From a bacterium (GTDB lineage Bacteria > UBA8248): a stretch of DNA of 64,000 bases. The notes under the pieces are model-generated. The model was not told where the DNA came from and did no database searches. It saw nothing but the letters and a program-made list of their open reading frames with translations. The stretch spans positions 608,001 to 672,000 of the forward strand of contig CBDCRP010000002.1 in assembly GCA_965221165.1 (NCBI GenBank), written 5' to 3'. This document shows, one piece after another, positions 38,292 to 47,066 of this stretch (positions are counted from its first letter, which is position 1; the number at the start of each line of letters is the position of its first letter). The translations under genes and the position numbers were made by a program.

Positions 38292-39290
38292 CTAGTACGG
38301 GAAGTCCGTCACCCTGGAGGCGTCCACCGCCCGGAGGAAGCTCGGGTCGATGATGTTCTTCCAGTTCGGAGCCTGCTTGATGTGGCCCAGCTTCTTCTTG
38401 AACGCGGAAACCTCCTGAAGGGTATCGAAGTAACTCTTGTCGAGCCAGATTTTCAGTTTGTAGTCGTTCAGCGCCGCCTTGGCGTCCGCCGCGCTGGAGC
38501 GGGTGACCTTCTGGAACACGGCCGCCGCCGCTCCGGGATCCGCGTTGGCCATATCCGTCGCCTCGATCAGAGCCCGCAGGAAGCGCTTCAGGGTTTTGGG
38601 CTTCTCCTTGGCGAAACCTCGGCGGACCGTCAAGTGGAAGTTGGGCTCGTAATCGCTGGACTTGCTTGCCGCCAGAATGTGAAGGGCATCCCCCTTGATC
38701 TTCATCACCTTGCGCGGCCAGGGTTCCCAGAACCACATGGCCTCCACGGCGCCCTTCACCATGGTGGGAGCGGCTTCGGGCGGAGGGAGGTTGACGTGAT
38801 CCAGCTTCTTGTAGTCGATGCCCCTGTTTGCGAGGAACTTGATGAACCCGAACTCTCCGCCGGTTCCGCCCATCCAGGTCACTTTCTTTCCGATGAGGTC
38901 CCGGGGGCTTTTGATCGACTTTTTGGCCACCAGCTTCATGCTCTCGTTGCCCTGCGCCGTCGCGGCCACGATGATGGCGTCGATCCCCTTGGCGATGTTC
39001 GAGATGGTGGGCGGATCGCTCTGAAAGGAGATGTCCAATTGGCCGCTGCCGATGGCCCGCAGGCCCACCAAAGCGGTGTGGCCCATGGTGTTGGTGGTCT
39101 TGAGTCCGTGCTTCTTGAAAATCCCCTTGTCCTCGGCCAGCCAGTAGGGTATCCCCAGCGAAGTGGGCTCGCTCGAAAAGCGAACCACTCCGTCGTCGGC
39201 CGCCCCCGCAGGCCCGAGACCGACCCCAAGGAAGAACGCCAACACGGCAACTCCCACAATTTCCCGTATCCAGCTTCTTTCACGCATCAT
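38292..39290 (-). CDS. ABC transporter substrate-binding protein (SsuA/TauA/NMT1 type)
   Basis: Signal peptide, GIFKKHGL, DLIGKKV, WEPW. Confidence 0.9.
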   Translation of the reverse strand: MMRERSWIREIVGVAVLAFFLGVGLGPAGAADDGVVRFSSEPTSLGIPYWLAEDKGIFKKHGLKTTNTMGHTALVGLRAIGSGQLDISFQSDPPTISNIAKGIDAIIVAATAQGNESMKLVAKKSIKSPRDLIGKKVTWMGGTGGEFGFIKFLANRGIDYKKLDHVNLPPPEAAPTMVKGAVEAMWFWEPWPRKVMKIKGDALHILAASKSSDYEPNFHLTVRRGFAKEKPKTLKRFLRALIEATDMANADPGAAAAVFQKVTRSSAADAKAALNDYKLKIWLDKSYFDTLQEVSAFKKKLGHIKQAPNWKNIIDPSFLRAVDASRVTDFPY

Positions 39291-39485
39291 AGGTCATTCT
39301 CCTCTTTTCACTGGGTGAAGTTCCATGAGGCAACGCATCGCGATTGAAACCCGGCGCATCCGTTTGCGCCTGTGCTGGAGGTGAGTGGATTCGAGAACCC
39401 GGTTCGGGTTCGTGAGCGAAGTGCGGAAGGGTTTCGGAACGAAATCATTCTTAGCCCTTTCATCCAGACCGGCAGTTGTTCCGGT

Positions 39486-40241
39486 TCACACCACCCGGTA
39501 GTGGGAAAGAAACCGGTAGGCGAAGAACCGGAACACCCGATCGGTGGCCAGCCCCAACAGGCCCAGGCCGAGAAAGCCGACAAAAATCTGATCGGTCAGC
39601 ATGAAGTTTCTTGCAGACCAAATAAGGTATCCCATTCCGGAACGGGCAGCAAGCATTTCCGCCGCCGCGATAACGATGAACGCGTTTCCCATGGCCATCC
39701 GCATGCCCGTCACGATGTAGGGCACCGTTTCGGGCACGACCACCTGGAGCAGGACCTGGGTTTCCGTCGCTCCCAGGCTTCGGGCGGCGCGCAGGACCCC
39801 CGGGGGTGCGCTCAAGGTTCCGGCCATGGTGTTGATCACGATCACGAAAAACGAGGTGTAGAAAACGAGCATGATCTTCGAGGCTTCGCCGAGCCCGAAC
39901 CAGACGATGAAGATGCCCACGAACGAAATAGGCGGAATGTAGCGCAATCCCTGGATGTAGGGGGTGGCGAAGGCGCGAACGCCGGGCAGCCAGCCCATGA
40001 GCAGGCCCAGGGGAACTCCCAACGCGCACCCCAGAAGCCAGCCGCCCATGATCCGGCCCAGGCTCATCAGGATGGATTCTTGGAGAAAGCCCGTGCGCGC
40101 CAACTCGATGGCCGTCATGACGGTGAGCCAGGGCGAGGGAACAAAGAGTGGATGGGAGAACGCCGCCACTATCCACCAGGCGCAGATGAAGAGCGAAAAT
40201 CCCAAGACGGAGAGCATCCCCGACCATTGTTTGCCCCGCAT
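39486..40241 (-). CDS. ABC transporter permease (TauC/SsuC type)
   Basis: AARSLGATETQ, AAEMLAARSGMG; paralogue of 37508-38260. Confidence 0.92.
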   Translation of the reverse strand: MRGKQWSGMLSVLGFSLFICAWWIVAAFSHPLFVPSPWLTVMTAIELARTGFLQESILMSLGRIMGGWLLGCALGVPLGLLMGWLPGVRAFATPYIQGLRYIPPISFVGIFIVWFGLGEASKIMLVFYTSFFVIVINTMAGTLSAPPGVLRAARSLGATETQVLLQVVVPETVPYIVTGMRMAMGNAFIVIAAAEMLAARSGMGYLIWSARNFMLTDQIFVGFLGLGLLGLATDRVFRFFAYRFLSHYRVV

Positions 40242-40574
40242 GCTCTCCTGCCCCCAAGCTTCGCGCCCCGTGTGACAAGACGGCTTCCGCAATTTGGATG
40301 AGGATAATAAATGTAGTATGCAACCAAATGTATCATATTCAACCGATTGGAGAAATCCGCTAGAATGGGAGGAGCGATGCCGTCTCGGCTCCGGGGCGAA
40401 TGGGGATGCCCTTGTTTTTCAGGCCATTGCGATCTGCGACTTCACTCGGGCGGCGCGCCCGCGACGCCTCGCCGGGTATACCTTCGCCGGCCGGAGAACC
40501 GGAGCGAAAATGAAGGCCCGGCCCGACAGCATTCGATTCCATTTCGGAAGGCGTTTCACCGAAGGGGGGATAGC

Positions 40575-41339
40575 ATGGATTCATTCCTGAACTTTGAGGG
40601 GCAGGACGTCATCGTGACCGGCGGAGCGACAGGGGTGGGGGAGGCGAGCGCGCGCCTATTCGCCGAGCGGGGCGCTTCCGTCGCCATCCTCGACATCAAC
40701 GGCGAGGGAGCGGAGAGCGTCGCCGCCGACATTCGAAGGGGCGGAGGAGACGCGCAGGCATTCGAGGTGGATCTCACCGATTGGGACGCCACCCGCTCCG
40801 CCGTCGAGGCGGCCCATAACCGGCATGGGCGTATCGACGTGCTCGCGCACGTGGCCGGCGGATTCCCGGAATTCTTCGGCCTTCTCGACTGTCCGCTGGA
40901 GACGTGGGATCCGATGGTGGCGAGCAACCTGAAATCGATGTTCATTCTGCTCAAGGCGGTCGCGCCTTACATGATCGAGGCGCGCTACGGCCGCGTCGTA
41001 TGCTTTTCCAGCCTGGCCGCCCGCAGTGCGGTCAACCCGAACCCGCCCCACTACACCGCGGCGAAAGCCGGCGTTCTCGGCCTTGCGCGTCAAGTGGCGG
41101 GCGAGCTGGGTCCCCACGGCATCACCGTAAACGCGATCGCGCCCGCCAACGTGGCCACCCCGAGCACCATGGCCATACGCAAACCCGAGCGCATTCGGCA
41201 TATCGAGCAGGTGACGCCCGTCGGCCGCCTGTGCCAACCCGAAGAGGTCGCGGCGGCGGTCATATTCCTATGCAGCCGGGAGGCCGGCTACATCACAGGC
41301 GTCACGCTCGACGTGAACGGCGGGGCGACGATGATATAA
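40575..41339 (+). CDS. SDR family oxidoreductase
   Basis: TGGATGVG, YTAAK catalytic motif. Confidence 0.92.
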   Translation: MDSFLNFEGQDVIVTGGATGVGEASARLFAERGASVAILDINGEGAESVAADIRRGGGDAQAFEVDLTDWDATRSAVEAAHNRHGRIDVLAHVAGGFPEFFGLLDCPLETWDPMVASNLKSMFILLKAVAPYMIEARYGRVVCFSSLAARSAVNPNPPHYTAAKAGVLGLARQVAGELGPHGITVNAIAPANVATPSTMAIRKPERIRHIEQVTPVGRLCQPEEVAAAVIFLCSREAGYITGVTLDVNGGATMI

Positions 41340-41542
41340 CGTCATCCGGACTTTCCGGCGCGGTAAGAGAGCCGGAACGTCCGGGCCCTCGACAACACAG
41401 GAGCACGTAACCGCCCGGCTCGTAGCTATTGGATACGCTTCTTCTATAGTCTTGTTGTTTCGAATACTGGACGGCGGCGCATGGAACGATTGGCGGATTG
41501 CTTCGCAAAATCGCGTTCCTTTATTTTGAAAGGGAAAGGCAT

Positions 41543-41935
41543 ATGACAGTCAAGATCATCAATTCACCCAGGATCAAAAGTCTCGGCGTCTACAATCAGG
41601 CCATCCAGGTGACCGGCGGCTCACTCCTCTTCGTGAGCGGCTGCGTCTCCGTGGACGGCGAGGGAAACCTGGTGGGCAAGGGAGATCCGGCTGCGCAGAT
41701 GCGCCAGATCCTCACGAATATCCGGACCATTCTCGAAGAAGCCGGCGCGGGGCTCGAAAACGTCGTCAAGATCATGGTCTTCAGCGCGGATCTGAACAAT
41801 CGCAAGGTGATGAACGAAGTCCGCCAAGAAATGTTCGGCGGGCATCTCCCGGCCAGCTCCCATGTACAGGTGGCCCGCCTCATCGACCCCGACTGGCTCG
41901 CCGAGGTCGAGTGCGTAGCCGCGCTGCCCGCCTGA
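41543..41935 (+). CDS. RidA/YjgF/UK114 superfamily protein
   Basis: YNQAI, LLFVSG, ENVVK, LPASSHVQV, AEVECVA. Confidence 0.9.
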   Translation: MTVKIINSPRIKSLGVYNQAIQVTGGSLLFVSGCVSVDGEGNLVGKGDPAAQMRQILTNIRTILEEAGAGLENVVKIMVFSADLNNRKVMNEVRQEMFGGHLPASSHVQVARLIDPDWLAEVECVAALPA

Positions 41936-41974
41936 GCGCGCCCGGCGTCCCTCGGGAAATCCGCAACCGATCCG

Positions 41975-42090
41975 AATCGATGAGGGCTTCCGCCTCGATC
42001 TCCACCACCATGTCGGGGTGGGCGAGCCGGCTCACGCCGAGCAGGGTGTTCGTGGGTAGGAGATTGTTGAACACCTTGTAGCGCTCCTCC
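41975..42090 (-). pseudogene. C-terminal remnant of a second Rid-family gene
   Basis: ERYKVFNNLLPTNTLLGVSRLAHPDMVVEIEAEA; 5' part replaced at the 42091 repeat. Confidence 0.7.
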
Positions 42091-42144
42091 ACGCAGCCCT
42101 CCGCCATCCGGGTGTACGGCTGCTGAATCCCGCCTGAAACCTCC
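42091..42144 (+). repeat. 54-bp direct repeat copy 2 (orphan 3' tail of the ferredoxin gene)
   Basis: Encodes TQPSAIRVYGC*, same as the end of 25028-25606. Confidence 0.9.
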
Positions 42145-42255
42145 GGTTCCGCCAGTTGCACGGCGGAGAATGGATTGACGGAACAAAGTCCCCTGCCTTT
42201 CGATACGTAACGGAAAATTCCCGTACATTCTCGATTCAGCCCATTACAGATTTCA

Positions 42256-43344
42256 TCACTTGAACGGCAGTTCGATGACCTCGCCGCCCCGGCGCACGCT
42301 CTCTTCCATCGCCAGCGTGAGTTCGAGCACCGAGCGCGCCGTTTCCGCGTCGCAAAGCGGCACGTCCTTTCCGGTCGTCACTCGCTCCAGGAAAAGCCTG
42401 GTCTCATCGCGCATCGGCCCCACGAAATCCCCCACGGCCCAATCCCCCGGCATGGCGGAGCCCAGAAAGGCGACTTCCACCGAGGAGTCGGGCGCATAGG
42501 GCGAGGGGACGCGCTCGTTGCCCACCATCATCACGTCCTTGTGGCCGTCGTCGATGCGGATAGCGCCCTCGCTCCCGAAAATGTCCATGCTGATTGTCGC
42601 CACCGTGGCGGGCCAATGCTCGGGCAACGCCCAGTTGCCGCCCAGACACGCCGCCGCCCCGTCGTCGAAGGTGACGACCGCCCAGCCGTAATCCCCCATC
42701 CCATCTGGATGATCGTGAAACACCTCGCTTCCCGCCTGCGCGTAGACGCGCACCGGCTTTCTCGGCTGAAAGAACCAAAGCGCCATATCGGCCATGTAGG
42801 TGATCTCATCCGTGAAGGGATTCGCATGCGGGGCGCGCAGGTAGACCTGCCGCGCCGTGGGCCGCGTGTTGTAGATCGTCATGCGCGCGGTCATCACCTC
42901 GCCGAGCCTGCCCGCGTCGATGTGTTCTTTTATCGCCAGGAATTTCCTCCTGATCCGCTGCGTGTAGCCGATGTAAAGCTCCGCGTCGCCTTTGGCTTTC
43001 GCCTCCAGAATCTTGTCCGCATCGGCGAGCGTCAGCGCGATGGGCTTTTCCACCAGCACGGGTTTTCCGGCTTCCAGCGCCATGCAGATGGCTTCGGTGT
43101 GCTCGCCCTCAGGGGTGGAGACGATGAGCGCATCCACCTGGGGGTGCTCTATGACTTCGCGGTTGTCCGAGGTATGGAAGGCCGCCTCGTTCTGCTGGGC
43201 CACGGCTCGTGCGCGCTCGGGGTCGATGTCCGATATGGCGAAAAAATTCACCACAGGCGAGGTCGCCGCCAGATGCGCGCGAAGCGAGCCGATCTTGCCC
43301 GCGCCGATCAGACCGATCCCTACCTCTTTCTTGCGAATCACCAT
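42256..43344 (-). CDS. Gfo/Idh/MocA family oxidoreductase (paralogue 2)
   Basis: GAGKIG, STPEGEH, VLVEKP; shares GPMRDETRLFLERVT with 16640-17728. Confidence 0.9.
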   Translation of the reverse strand: MVIRKKEVGIGLIGAGKIGSLRAHLAATSPVVNFFAISDIDPERARAVAQQNEAAFHTSDNREVIEHPQVDALIVSTPEGEHTEAICMALEAGKPVLVEKPIALTLADADKILEAKAKGDAELYIGYTQRIRRKFLAIKEHIDAGRLGEVMTARMTIYNTRPTARQVYLRAPHANPFTDEITYMADMALWFFQPRKPVRVYAQAGSEVFHDHPDGMGDYGWAVVTFDDGAAACLGGNWALPEHWPATVATISMDIFGSEGAIRIDDGHKDVMMVGNERVPSPYAPDSSVEVAFLGSAMPGDWAVGDFVGPMRDETRLFLERVTTGKDVPLCDAETARSVLELTLAMEESVRRGGEVIELPFK

Positions 43345-43569
43345 ACGTGTCTCTCCTTCAGGGTCGGCGAATCCTACAATCCCGACCCGCGCTCCGCAAG
43401 GCGCGCAGGGCTCCTCCGGTGAAACCGGTGAGAAGACATCGGCAATAGAACGAAAAACAAGGGATGGGGAAACCGCGGGAGACTCCCTCCTCTGGCGAAG
43501 CGCAGGATAAAACCTTATAGTGCGTCGCCAAATCGCCGAAAACTGAAAATCACCACCGGAGGATTTCCC

Positions 43570-44619
43570 TTGAGCGCGCAAAATTCACTCGCCGCCCTTT
43601 TGCATGAACCCGGACGCCTCGAACTCGTGGAGCGTCCCGCACCCGAACCCGGCCCCGGCGATGTGCTCGTCGAAGTCGGCGCCTGCGCGATATGCGGCAG
43701 CGATTTTCACCTGATAGACGGCCACGTGCGGCGCGCGAAATATCCCGTGGTGCCGGGCCATGAACTCATGGGCGTGGTGAGCGCGCTGGGTCCGGGCGTT
43801 GAGGGCGTAGCGCTCGGCGCGCGGGCCTGCATCGAGAACCACGTGCACTGCGGAGAATGTTATTTCTGCAAGATGGGCCGGGTGAACCTGTGCAACGACT
43901 CGCGCTCCATCGGCATGAACGCCGACGGCGGCTACAGCCGGCACGTAATTGCGCCTGCAAAGTCCGTGCTGCCCCTGCCGGATGCGCTGGACGACGCCAC
44001 GGCATCGGTGATGCAGACGCTGAGCACGGGCTATCACGTGGTGATGAACCGCGCGCGCGCAGAGGCGGGCGAGACCGTGGCCGTCATCGGCATGGGGCCG
44101 GTGGGCATGTGCGCGCTGGCTTGCGCGAAATACGCGGGATGCCGCGTCATCGCCATCGACGCGGTGGCTGAGAGGCTCGAAGTCGCAAGGGAGATGGGCG
44201 CGGATGAGACGATAGACGCCCGCGAGCACGAGTCGGTTTCCGCAGTTCAAGACCTCACGGGAGGACACGGGGCGGATGCCGTTCTCGAAGTGGTGGGCGG
44301 GGCGCAGTACAAGACGATGATCCAAGCTTTCGAGATGGCGCGCAAGGGCGGGCGCATCGTGGTCGTGGGCGCGTTCTCGGTGGATGCGCCTATTCCGCTC
44401 GAACACCTCCAGCATCTCGAAAAAGAGATCATCGGCTCGCGCGGACACCCCGACACGTTCGAGGTCTGCATCGACCTCGCCGCCCGGGGGGAGTTGAACG
44501 TAAAGCCCATGATCACGCACCAGATACCTCTTTCCATGGTGCACCAAGGAATCGAGATGATGCGCGAGCGAAAAGACGGGGCCATCAAGGTGGTGCTCAT
44601 TCCTCGCGAGGGAAGCTGA
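43570..44619 (+). CDS. zinc-binding alcohol dehydrogenase (MDR family)
   Basis: CGSD, GHE, CGECYFC..C, GMGPVG. Confidence 0.93.
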   Translation: MSAQNSLAALLHEPGRLELVERPAPEPGPGDVLVEVGACAICGSDFHLIDGHVRRAKYPVVPGHELMGVVSALGPGVEGVALGARACIENHVHCGECYFCKMGRVNLCNDSRSIGMNADGGYSRHVIAPAKSVLPLPDALDDATASVMQTLSTGYHVVMNRARAEAGETVAVIGMGPVGMCALACAKYAGCRVIAIDAVAERLEVAREMGADETIDAREHESVSAVQDLTGGHGADAVLEVVGGAQYKTMIQAFEMARKGGRIVVVGAFSVDAPIPLEHLQHLEKEIIGSRGHPDTFEVCIDLAARGELNVKPMITHQIPLSMVHQGIEMMRERKDGAIKVVLIPREGS

Positions 44620-44723
44620 ATTTCATACTTTCCGGCTGCCTTGAAATCCTGACAATGTTTCACCAATGAAAAAACCACCGACACAACCATTAAAAACATC
44701 GGCGCAAGGAGAGAGAAGCGAAC

Positions 44724-45614
44724 ATGAACATACAAGAAACCATCGGCTTCATCGGTCTGGGCCTCATGGGCCGGGCGTTTTCCAGGAATCTGATCGAGGA
44801 CGGCTACCGCCTCGTGGGGGCGGACCCGGTTCCGGCGGCGCAGGAGGAATTAAAGAGCATGGGCGGCGAGGCGCTCCCCTCGCCCAAAGACGTGGCCGAG
44901 GCGGCTGATTTCGTATTCATCTCGGTGCCCAACTCGAAAATATCCCTGGAATGCGCGAGGGGTACGGATGGATATTTGTCCGCCAATCCTGCGAAAAAGC
45001 CTAAAACCGTCATCGACACGACCACCTCGGACCCGGAAGACACGCGCGAGATGGCCAGGCTGTGCGCTGCGCGCGGCTTCGACTTCATGGAGGCGTGCGT
45101 GAGCGGCAACAGCGAAAACGTGAAAAACCGGGTGGGTCTTTTCCTGGTCGGCGGGGAGGAGCGAACGCACGGCCTCGTGAAGGATATCTTCGCGCGCCTG
45201 CTTTCGGATCAGATCCACTGCGGCGCGGCAGGGGATGGCGCTACGATGAAGGTGCTCATCAACTACCTCACCTGTCTCGAACGATGCGCCATCGCCGAGA
45301 CGCTCAGAATGGGCCTGAGAGCCGGTGTCAAAGGAGAACTGCTGCTCGACGCCTTCACCCGAAGCGCCGCCGACAGCAGGCAGCTCAGAAACCGCGGCCC
45401 CAGGATGATAAACGGAGATTTCAGGAATCCCGTGAGCACGCTCGACGTGCTGACGAAAGACATCAAGCTGGGCTTGAGTTTAGGCGAAAGCGTGAGCGCC
45501 AACATGCCCCTGGGCGAGCTTTGCGCCCCCTTTTTCACCCAAGGACAGGAACTGGGCTTCGGTACTCTCGACAGCGCGGCGGTGTATAAGGTGTTCGAGG
45601 CGAGGGAGGGCTAG
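44724..45614 (+). CDS. NAD(P)-dependent beta-hydroxyacid dehydrogenase (3-hydroxyisobutyrate DH family)
   Basis: GFIGLGLMG, DTTT, EACVSG, MKVLIN, KDIKLG. Confidence 0.88.
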   Translation: MNIQETIGFIGLGLMGRAFSRNLIEDGYRLVGADPVPAAQEELKSMGGEALPSPKDVAEAADFVFISVPNSKISLECARGTDGYLSANPAKKPKTVIDTTTSDPEDTREMARLCAARGFDFMEACVSGNSENVKNRVGLFLVGGEERTHGLVKDIFARLLSDQIHCGAAGDGATMKVLINYLTCLERCAIAETLRMGLRAGVKGELLLDAFTRSAADSRQLRNRGPRMINGDFRNPVSTLDVLTKDIKLGLSLGESVSANMPLGELCAPFFTQGQELGFGTLDSAAVYKVFEAREG

Positions 45615-45636
45615 GTACGGGTATGGATGGGGTGTT

Positions 45637-45660
45637 GTAGGGGCGGCTCGCGAGCCGACC
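45637..45660 (+). repeat. GTAG-type REP element
   Basis: GTAG-GGGCGGCTCGCGAGCCGACC hairpin. Confidence 0.55.
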
Positions 45661-45697
45661 TTGCTGTGGACTTGCATTTTTCCGGTCGTCTCGTTGT

Positions 45698-45916
45698 AAA
45701 GGCAAACGTCGCCTTTGTGTGCGGCCCGAAGAGTGGCCTAGCCGTCCGGACGAAGGCCATTTTCGAATCACAGAGGGAGAGTGGCTTTTCGAAACCGAAA
45801 GTGAGAAAGAATACCAGAGGGATGTGCCAGCAGCGGGAGTTTCTGCTATTTTGATGCCTGTGTGAGAAGTTGAAATGGTGGAATTCTTAAGTGTTGCTTC
45901 TTCTGAAGAAATATAG
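45698..45916 (+). pseudogene. 3' remnant of a near-identical copy of 46138-46746
   Basis: Near-identical to ~46522-46720; 5' part absent; in-frame GGA>TGA change. Confidence 0.8.
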
Positions 45917-45925
45917 GAACAAATC

Positions 45926-46063
45926 ATGACTAAGGAACGAACACCGATCCCCTCAAAATCGCCGAAGGGTACTAAGCTGGTAACCGAAGGCGTGTCCCCT
46001 AAACCCAAAGGCGCCCTCAAACCTAAGCCGCCTCCCGCCCCGCTACCCAACAAAAGTGGTTAG
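45926..46063 (+). CDS. 45-aa Pro/Lys-rich micropeptide 1
   Basis: MTKERTPIPSKSPKGTKLVTEGVSPKPKGALKPKPPPAPLPNKSG; AGGA RBS; homologous to 46750-46878. Confidence 0.6.
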   Translation: MTKERTPIPSKSPKGTKLVTEGVSPKPKGALKPKPPPAPLPNKSG

Positions 46064-46137
46064 CATCTTATGGTATTGCCGGAAGCTGCGGGCAGGAAGC
46101 CGGTCCGCAATAGTCAAGTAATAGGGGTATACAGCGT

Positions 46138-46746
46138 ATGAATTGGGCATCAAGTGAAATAGTAGGCGCACTCAAATTTCTTCTGCCAGGATTCGTGTCA
46201 GCCGCCATATTTTATTCATTCACATCACATCCCAAACCCAGCGAGTTCGGCCTTGTAGTTCAAGCTCTGATTTTCACCATCGTCGGGGAGGCGATAATCG
46301 CTGCGCTCCTTTTGATTAACAACCTCAGTTGGATAAACGATTGGGGAGTTGCCGTACCCGTTCTGGTGGCGGTTTCGCTCGGGTTGATAGCCGCTTACGT
46401 TTCGAACAATGACACGGTACATAGACTCTTTCGCTGGCTGGGTATTACTCGGGAAACATCATATCCTTCAGAATGGTATTCCACTTTTACCCGTTCCGAT
46501 TGCTATGTTGTGCTACACTTGAAAGGTGAACGCCGCCTTTATGGATGGCCCGAAGAGTGGCCTAGCCGTCCGGACGAAGGCCATTTTCGAATCACCGAGG
46601 GAGAGTGGCTTTTCGAAACCGAAAGTGAGAAAGAATACCAGAGGGATGTGCCAGCAGCGGGAGTTTCTGCTATTTTGATACCTGTGGGAGAAGTTGAAAT
46701 GGTGGAATTCCTGAGTGCTTCGTCTGATGCAGAGCCGGAGGAATAA
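46138..46746 (+). CDS. 3-TM membrane protein with C-terminal beta domain, DUF6338-like
   Basis: FLLPGF, three hydrophobic helices, SEW, RRLYGWPEEWPS, ILIP..EVEMVEF; family name from recall. Confidence 0.7.
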   Translation: MNWASSEIVGALKFLLPGFVSAAIFYSFTSHPKPSEFGLVVQALIFTIVGEAIIAALLLINNLSWINDWGVAVPVLVAVSLGLIAAYVSNNDTVHRLFRWLGITRETSYPSEWYSTFTRSDCYVVLHLKGERRLYGWPEEWPSRPDEGHFRITEGEWLFETESEKEYQRDVPAAGVSAILIPVGEVEMVEFLSASSDAEPEE

Positions 46747-46749
46747 ATC

Positions 46750-46878
46750 ATGGCCAAAGAGCCGATACCACCGCCCTCTAAACGCTCAGTTCGGGTCGGT
46801 GATGGTGTTTCGTCTAAGCCCAAGAATTTCGTCAAACCTAAACCGCCTCCTGCCCCCCCACCTAAAAAGCGGGTCTAG
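46750..46878 (+). CDS. 42-aa Pro/Lys-rich micropeptide 2
   Basis: MAKEPIPPPSKRSVRVGDGVSSKPKNFVKPKPPPAPPPKKRV; GGAGG RBS; starts 3 nt after upstream stop. Confidence 0.65.
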   Translation: MAKEPIPPPSKRSVRVGDGVSSKPKNFVKPKPPPAPPPKKRV

Positions 46879-46930
46879 CGTTTAAACGACACAACAAGGT
46901 ATTGGGTTTCTAAGCCCTAGTGAATCTCAA

Positions 46931-46957
46931 GGGACGAACACATGCGCTCGCCCCTAC
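46931..46957 (-). repeat. GTAG-type REP element (inverted)
   Basis: GGGACGAACACATGCGCTCGCCC-CTAC imperfect hairpin. Confidence 0.5.
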
Positions 46958-47066
46958 GGAAGCGGTCTTTTTATCCTCACCAACATCCTCACAATCCGCA
47001 GCGCATTCGTCCATTTCGAGACGGGAGAATGATCGCTAATGACTTCCAAGAGCAGATCGACCGCGG

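Noticed and set aside
36518-38353. Long alternative-frame ORFs (611 aa here; also 33215-35071, 20017-21666, 59374-60810)
   Set aside because: Shadow frames of well-supported genes in GC-rich DNA, with no motifs
42145-42255. Expected second Tn7-like end for copy B
   Set aside because: TGT trinucleotides occur but no GACAA-type site follows, so no end was called
45862-45866. In-frame TGA in the DUF6338-like remnant as possible Sec
   Set aside because: It aligns to Gly (GGA) in the intact copy and the fragment has no start; ordinary decay
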